Positions 39,041 through 44,567 of a stretch of DNA of 44,567 bases are shown piece by piece. The position numbers and the translations under genes were made by a program. Positions within the stretch are counted from its first letter, which is position 1. Every line of letters begins with the position of its first letter. A model generated the notes under the pieces. The model saw nothing but the letters and a program-made list of their open reading frames with translations. It was not told the DNA's origin and made no database searches. This stretch comes from Eledone cirrhosa (Eukaryota). The stretch lies in assembly GCA_964016885.1 (NCBI GenBank), contig CAXHJY010001077.1, forward strand, positions 1 to 44,567. The letters run 5' to 3'.

Positions 39041-39276
39041 CTAGGGGGGGGGGCAGGTGTTGTCGGTGTAAATAACGGAAGGGGAGGAGAAAAAGAATAA
39101 AAAATAACATTTATTATGTAGAATCATCATCATCATCATTATCATCATCATCATCGACCACCATCATCCTCATCATCATAATCATCATTATCATTATCAT
39201 TCACCAACATCATAATCACCATCATCATCATCATAATAATCATCCACCACCATCATCATCATCATTATCATTATCA

Positions 39277-39307
<31 letters not shown>

Positions 39308-39402
39308 TCATCAGCAGCACCAGCAGTAGCAGCACCACCACCACCAACAACAACAACAACAACCACACACACACACACACCAGCAATAAATGATAGGCTT
39401 AC

Positions 39403-39541
39403 CTTCATAATGAACTCTTCCACCAACTGCTTTAAGCTGTCTCTACCTTTGAAATCAATAGTGTAGTAGTCTTTGAACCACCATGACAACAACAATAGAG
39501 TCCTCGTAGTACTGATGGCAGCCATGTCAGAAGGATGGAGT
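39403..39541 (-). CDS. KNDC1: KNDC1-like REM-domain exon
   Basis: tag/gtaag; RTLLLLSWWFKDYYTIDF...LVEEFIMK; 139 nt. Confidence 0.9.
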
Positions 39542-39604
39542 CTACATGTGGATAAATAGCAGAGTATCAAAAAGACACATGTAGGAATGAGATGGGAGAC
39601 AAAC

Positions 39605-41190
39605 ATATAGTCTACACATGTAGTATAACCCATGTAGTCTACCTATGTATGTAGTCTACCCATGTAGTCTACCTATGTATGTAGTCTACACATGTAGTCT
39701 ACCTATGTATGTAGTCTAACCCATGTAGTCTACCTATGTATGTAGTCTACACATGTATGTAGTCTACACATGTAGTCTACCCATGTATGTAGTCTAACCC
39801 ATGTAGTCTACCTATGTATGTAGTCTAACCCATGTAGTCTACCTATGTATGTAGTCTACACATGTATGTAGTCTACACATGTAGTCTACACATGTAGTCT
39901 ACACATGTAGTCTACCCATGTATGTAGTCTACACATGTATGTAGTCTACACATGTAGTCTACCTATGTATGTAGTCTAACCCATGTAGTCTACACATGTA
40001 GTCTACCCATGTATGTAGTCTACACATGTATGTAGTCTACACATGTAGTCTACCTATGTATGTAGTCTAACCCATGTAGTCTACACATGTAGTCTACCCA
40101 TGTATGTAGTCTACACATGTATGTAGTCTACACATGTAGTCTACCTATGTATGTAGTCTAACCCATGTAGTCTACACATGTAGTCTACCCATGTATGTAG
40201 TCTACACATGTATGTAGTCTACACATGTAGTCTACCTATGTATGTAGTCTAAACCATGTAGTCTACACATGTAGTCTACCCATGTATGTAGTCTAACCCA
40301 TGTAGTCTACCTATGTATGTAGTCTAACCCATGTAGTCTACCTATGTATGTAGTCTTCCTATGTATGTAGTCTACACATGTAGTCTACACATGTATGTAG
40401 TCTAACCCATGTAGTCTACCTATGTAGTCTTCCTATGTATGTAGTCTACACATGTAGTCTACCTATGTATGTAGTCTAACCCATGTAGTCTACACATGTA
40501 GTCTACCCATGTATGTAGTCTACACATGTAGTCTACCTATGTATGTAGTCTAACCCATGTAGTCTACACATGTAGTCTACCCATGTATGTAGTCTACACA
40601 TGTAGTCTACCCATGTATGTAGTCTAACCCATGTAGTCTACCTATGTATGTAGTCTAACCCATGTAGTCTACCTATGTATGTAGTCTTCCTATGTATGTA
40701 GTCTACACATGTAGTCTACCTATGTATGTAGTCTAACCCATGTAGTCTACACATGTAGTCTAACCCATGTAGTCTACCCATGTATGTAGTCTACACATGT
40801 ATGTAGTCTACACATGTAGTCTACCTATGTATGTAGTCTAACCCATGTAGTCTACCCATGTATGTAGTCTACCCATGTATGTAGTCTAACCCATGTAGTC
40901 TACCTATGTATGTAGTCTAACCCATGTAGTCTACCTATGTATGTAGTCTACACATGTATGTAGTCTACACATGTAGTCTACCTATGTATGTAGTCTACAC
41001 ATGTAGTCTAACCATGTATGTAGTCTACACATGTATGTAGTCTACACATGTAGTCTACCTATGTATGTAGTCTACACATGTAGTCTAACCATGTAGTCTA
41101 CCCATGTATGTAGTCTAGACATGTAGTCTACCCATGTATGTAGTCTACCCATGTGGTAGTCTATGCATGTATGTAGTCCTCCCATGTAGT
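39605..41190. repeat. 13/17/18-bp minisatellite filling an intron
   Basis: Units atgtagtctacac, atgtatgtagtctacct and atgtagtctaaccc; on the order of 100 copies. Confidence 0.97.
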
Positions 41191-41205
41191 AGTAGTAGTA
41201 CTTAC

Positions 41206-41316
41206 CTGTGAGACAGTGTATAGGTGTTGGTGAGAAAGGTGAACAGCTGTAGTGGAGAGGTGAAGTATCGGTAGCAGTAGAAAAACTGGTGGATATAGCC
41301 ACTGGTCAGTGCCCCT
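41206..41316 (-). CDS. KNDC1: KNDC1-like REM-domain exon
   Basis: cag/gtaag; GALTSGYIHQFFYCYRYFTSPLQLFTFL; 111 nt. Confidence 0.92.
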
Positions 41317-41610
41317 CTGGTGGTGGTGGTGGTGGTCGTCGTCATCGTCGTAGTGGTGATAGTGGTGGTGGTGGTGGTGGCAGTGGTGGTAGTGGTGTTG
41401 GTGGTGGCAGTGGTGGTGGTGGTGAAGATATATAAGAAGGAAGAGGAGGAGATGTTAGTGGAGAGTTTATATACAACAACAACAACAACAACAACAATAT
41501 CAACAATAATAACAGCAACAATAACAACAACAACAACAATAATAACAGCAATAACAACAATAATATCAACAGTAATATCAACAACAACAGCAACAATTAT
41601 TATTTCTCAC

Positions 41611-41834
41611 CTTGCATAAAGGTTAGCAAAGAGTCCCTGGGGTGTCCCGGCATAGAGCAGTGTGTCGTCCCCATTGAGTGACCCACTGTCCAGTCCAGTG
41701 CTGTGATAATGTAACAGAGGGTTATCATCACGAGGGGTTAGCATCAAAATAGAATCTAGTTCTTTATCAGCTTCACATGTAGCCAATGAGTAAATCAAGT
41801 TGAGAGGAATGCTACATTCACTGCAAATCAACAT
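41611..41834 (-). CDS. KNDC1: KNDC1-like exon (REM start)
   Basis: cag/gtgag; ...LLYAGTPQGLFANLYAR, resembling KNDC1 AGTPLGLMAYLY; 224 nt. Confidence 0.9.
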
Positions 41835-42304
41835 CTGGTGAATGGAAGATATATATTTTGTTTAATTAATGTTATAATTAACTAAGAAATACAACACTAT
41901 AATTACTACTGCAAATTTCCACAACAATCTGTTCACTAGTAAAGATATTATAAACATCTGAATTAACAAACCACATGAAACCACACTAGCCAAACATTCT
42001 TGAAATGTACAAAACAGCACTATGACTTCATCACATTAAATATTAAAGTGTTTACTTCCAAAATATCTTTTATACAGGGATTTGATAAGAAGAGAAATAT
42101 CTGGTTGATGGACAACACAATTGTTGCAGGAATATTCACAAGAACCCCTAAATATTTCAGCATTAACCCTTCCATTACCATATTTCATAAACCCTTTGTG
42201 TCCATATATGTGTGTATGTAAATAGACCTGTGTATGTGTGTGTAACATAGTGTGTGAATGTGTGTATATATGTGTGTGTCCATGTATGTATGTGTGTAAC
42301 ATAC

Positions 42305-42396
42305 CTCTAAATGGTTGCGGCAGACTTTGTAGCAGTTTAATGTGTTGCTGCTTTCCCTTAGATCACTCCATACTCTCAACATTTGATGTCGCTCAC
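42305..42396 (-). CDS. KNDC1: Probable KNDC1-like coiled-coil exon (acceptor uncertain)
   Basis: Donor GAG|gtatgt in frame with the next exon; ERHQMLRVWSDLRESSNTLNCYKVCRNHLE; the only stop-free acceptors near the start are GAG. Confidence 0.6.
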
Positions 42397-42429
42397 CTCA
42401 AATATAAGAAAGCTTTCTATATATATATA

Positions 42430-42516
<87 letters not shown>

Positions 42517-42605
42517 ATGTAAAAGGTAAACAGAAATAACAACACAATCGGTACAGTATATGGAAGGAATATATTAGGTTAATGCTTGATATAGCAGGAA
42601 GAGGA

Positions 42606-42641
42606 TCTTAACGTTTCGGACGCTTGTCTTTCATCAGAAGA
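42606..42641 (-). ncRNA. Minimal type I hammerhead ribozyme motif (Penelope-like)
   Basis: UCUU-CUGAUGA-aAGAC aagc GUCC-GAAA-CG-UU-AAGA: 4-bp helix I, helix II with one mismatch, palindromic AACGUU helix III. Confidence 0.6.
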
Positions 42642-43089
42642 AAGAATGAGAAATAAGATAGATTGAGGGCACGGGTGGGATGGAATTGGAAAAAATGTCT
42701 TTAGATAAAAATAAAAGATCCATTCGTGTTGACATCTCTTGCAAAACTGTTGGTGCTGGCGTTTTGTGTATGATTTATTTTTTAGAAACAGATTAAACTT
42801 TAAGCAAATAATCGCTGCTTTCACCCTTAACGGGATCATCTGACACTAAAAAAATCAATCTGTGAACACAGAAGTAAATATTTCGAAAAACATTGCAACT
42901 GAAGGAAAACAGGAAGACGATACTTGGTTCGTGAAGACGTTCCCTGGCGATGAACGGAAAAAAGCGAAGATAATATGTTGTTATGTGAAGCGATGGTTTT
43001 TATATATTTGATATATATTTATCCTTATCAAGCCCTTTTTGGATTTTAGTCTTCACATTTATTATTACTATTATTATTATTATAATATA

Positions 43090-43527
43090 TCATCATCATC
43101 ATCATCATCATTGTTTAACGTCCATCTTCCACACTAGCATGGGTCTGGACGGGAATTGTCCCACTTGAGGCAAGATTGGTTGTCTTGCTCAGGACTGTCT
43201 GGCGGGTTTTCTACGGTTGGATGCTCTTCCTAACACCAACCACATTTACAGTGTGGACTGGGAGGTTTTTACCGTGTTACCTACACGACCACATTACAGC
43301 GTGGACTGTGTGTTTTTTTGTCGTGACACCTACACGACCTCATTTATTTAGGACTGGATGTTGTGGTACCACATAGCTTCACATCGAAAGGGGTGGTGTA
43401 GATGGCGGTGGGGTAGGGGTAGTGGGACGGCGGTGTATTTTGGTTAAGAGGTGCCTACTGACTGTAGGTTTCGCTTTGTACTTAGGCAAGGCGGGTCTTC
43501 TGTATTACTACGTAGCGCCAAAGATCA
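43090..43527 (-). mobile_element. RTE-like 3' end (ORF tail, UTR and (GAT)n)
   Basis: DLWRYVVIQKTR followed by a single-copy version of the 112-bp unit and a ggacgttaaac(aat/gat)n tail. Confidence 0.85.
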
Positions 43528-43766
43528 TATATATATATATATATAATGTATATATATATTAGAAAGTGAGGTTTTTTTACAAAATGAAAAATAACCAAGG
43601 TGTCCTACACGAGTGAAAGTATAAAGAATAAAAGATAAAATCGAAAATGCAACTGGAGTCTTATTTTTTTAAAAATATATATATTTATTTGGTTCCTTTA
43701 CCGGTTTCACAGTTCTTCTACTTTTCAAAAGTAGAGTTGAGATGGAGGGTCTGTGGTTTTTCTCAC

Positions 43767-43908
<142 letters not shown>

Positions 43909-43937
43909 TTATTTATTTATCTAATTTATTTATCTAA

Positions 43938-44126
43938 GGGCGGTGGATTGGCAGTATCAGTAGAGGGTCGGACGCCATGCTTTCTCAGCATAGTTACGTC
44001 TCTTTACGATCTGAGTTCAAATCCCGCCGAGGTTGACTTAGCCTTTCATCCTTACGGGGTCGATAAAATAAAGTACCAGTAATGCACTGGGTAATTGCTG
44101 GCCTTGTGCCTAAAGTAGAAACAATT
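43938..44126 (+). mobile_element. Full-length tRNA-derived SINE with a 14-bp target-site duplication
   Basis: gggcggtggattggcag head with A/B boxes; atttatttatctaa at 43924-43937 and 44127-44140. Confidence 0.9.
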
Positions 44127-44247
44127 ATTTATTTATCTAATCAATTTAAATCTCCATATAAAGTTAGTAAAATTAGGAATGGTATGTAATATCACATATG
44201 ATTATGAAACAAAAACAAGAGGGAGAAAGAGAAGGGAAAAAGGCAAA

Positions 44248-44532
44248 ATATAGAGACTCTCCAGGTAGAGCTGCTACTTCTCCGAGTTGAGAGATCACAG
44301 CTTCCAATACTATGGGCATGTGGTTAGAATGCCTCAGGAAAGAATCACTGAACAGATTTTATGGACAAAACCAACTGTCAGGAGACCCAGAGGTAGACCC
44401 TGAGCAAGATGGTTGGATAACATCCATGAGCTTGGCTGGTCATGCTTCGGGATCTAGTTGGATTGATTGGAGATGGTCACTTTCAGACAGGATCTGCTGG
44501 AAGGAGTGTTTGAGGACTCTGCCCCCTCTCAA
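44248..44532 (+). mobile_element. RTE-clade LINE 3' fragment
   Basis: LLLLRVERSQ..YYGHVVRMPQER..QIL..PTVRRPRGRP*ARWLDNIHELGWS. Confidence 0.85.
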
Positions 44533-44567
44533 GAAGAAGAAGAACAAGAAGAAGAAGAAGGAGGAGG

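Overview
This is AT-rich, microsatellite-dense metazoan genomic DNA. The repeat content (tRNA-derived Meta-domain-like and CORE-like SINEs, RTE tails ending in (GAT)n, very long TA tracts) suggests a coleoid cephalopod such as Octopus, which is an inference. It carries two convergent spliced genes. The first is a complete type II pantothenate kinase (PANK1/3-like) on + with 7 coding exons (10695-21220, 376 aa). The second is the 3' part of a KNDC1/very-KIND-like REM+RasGEF gene on - with 11 exons (42396-28389); its 5' end lies beyond the window. Introns and flanks hold a full-length but frameshifted Tigger/pogo transposon, an R4/Dong-like RLE retroelement fragment next to (TAA)n, RTE 3' fragments, many SINEs and several minisatellites, most of them traceable to parts of mobile elements. 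The most unusual signal is a set of fold-back palindromic elements in TA/CA microsatellites. They carry complete or half hammerhead-ribozyme motifs typical of Penelope-like retroelements, and one has a 158-bp local templated insertion at its apex. Almost all long ORFs in the supplied track are simple-repeat artefacts.
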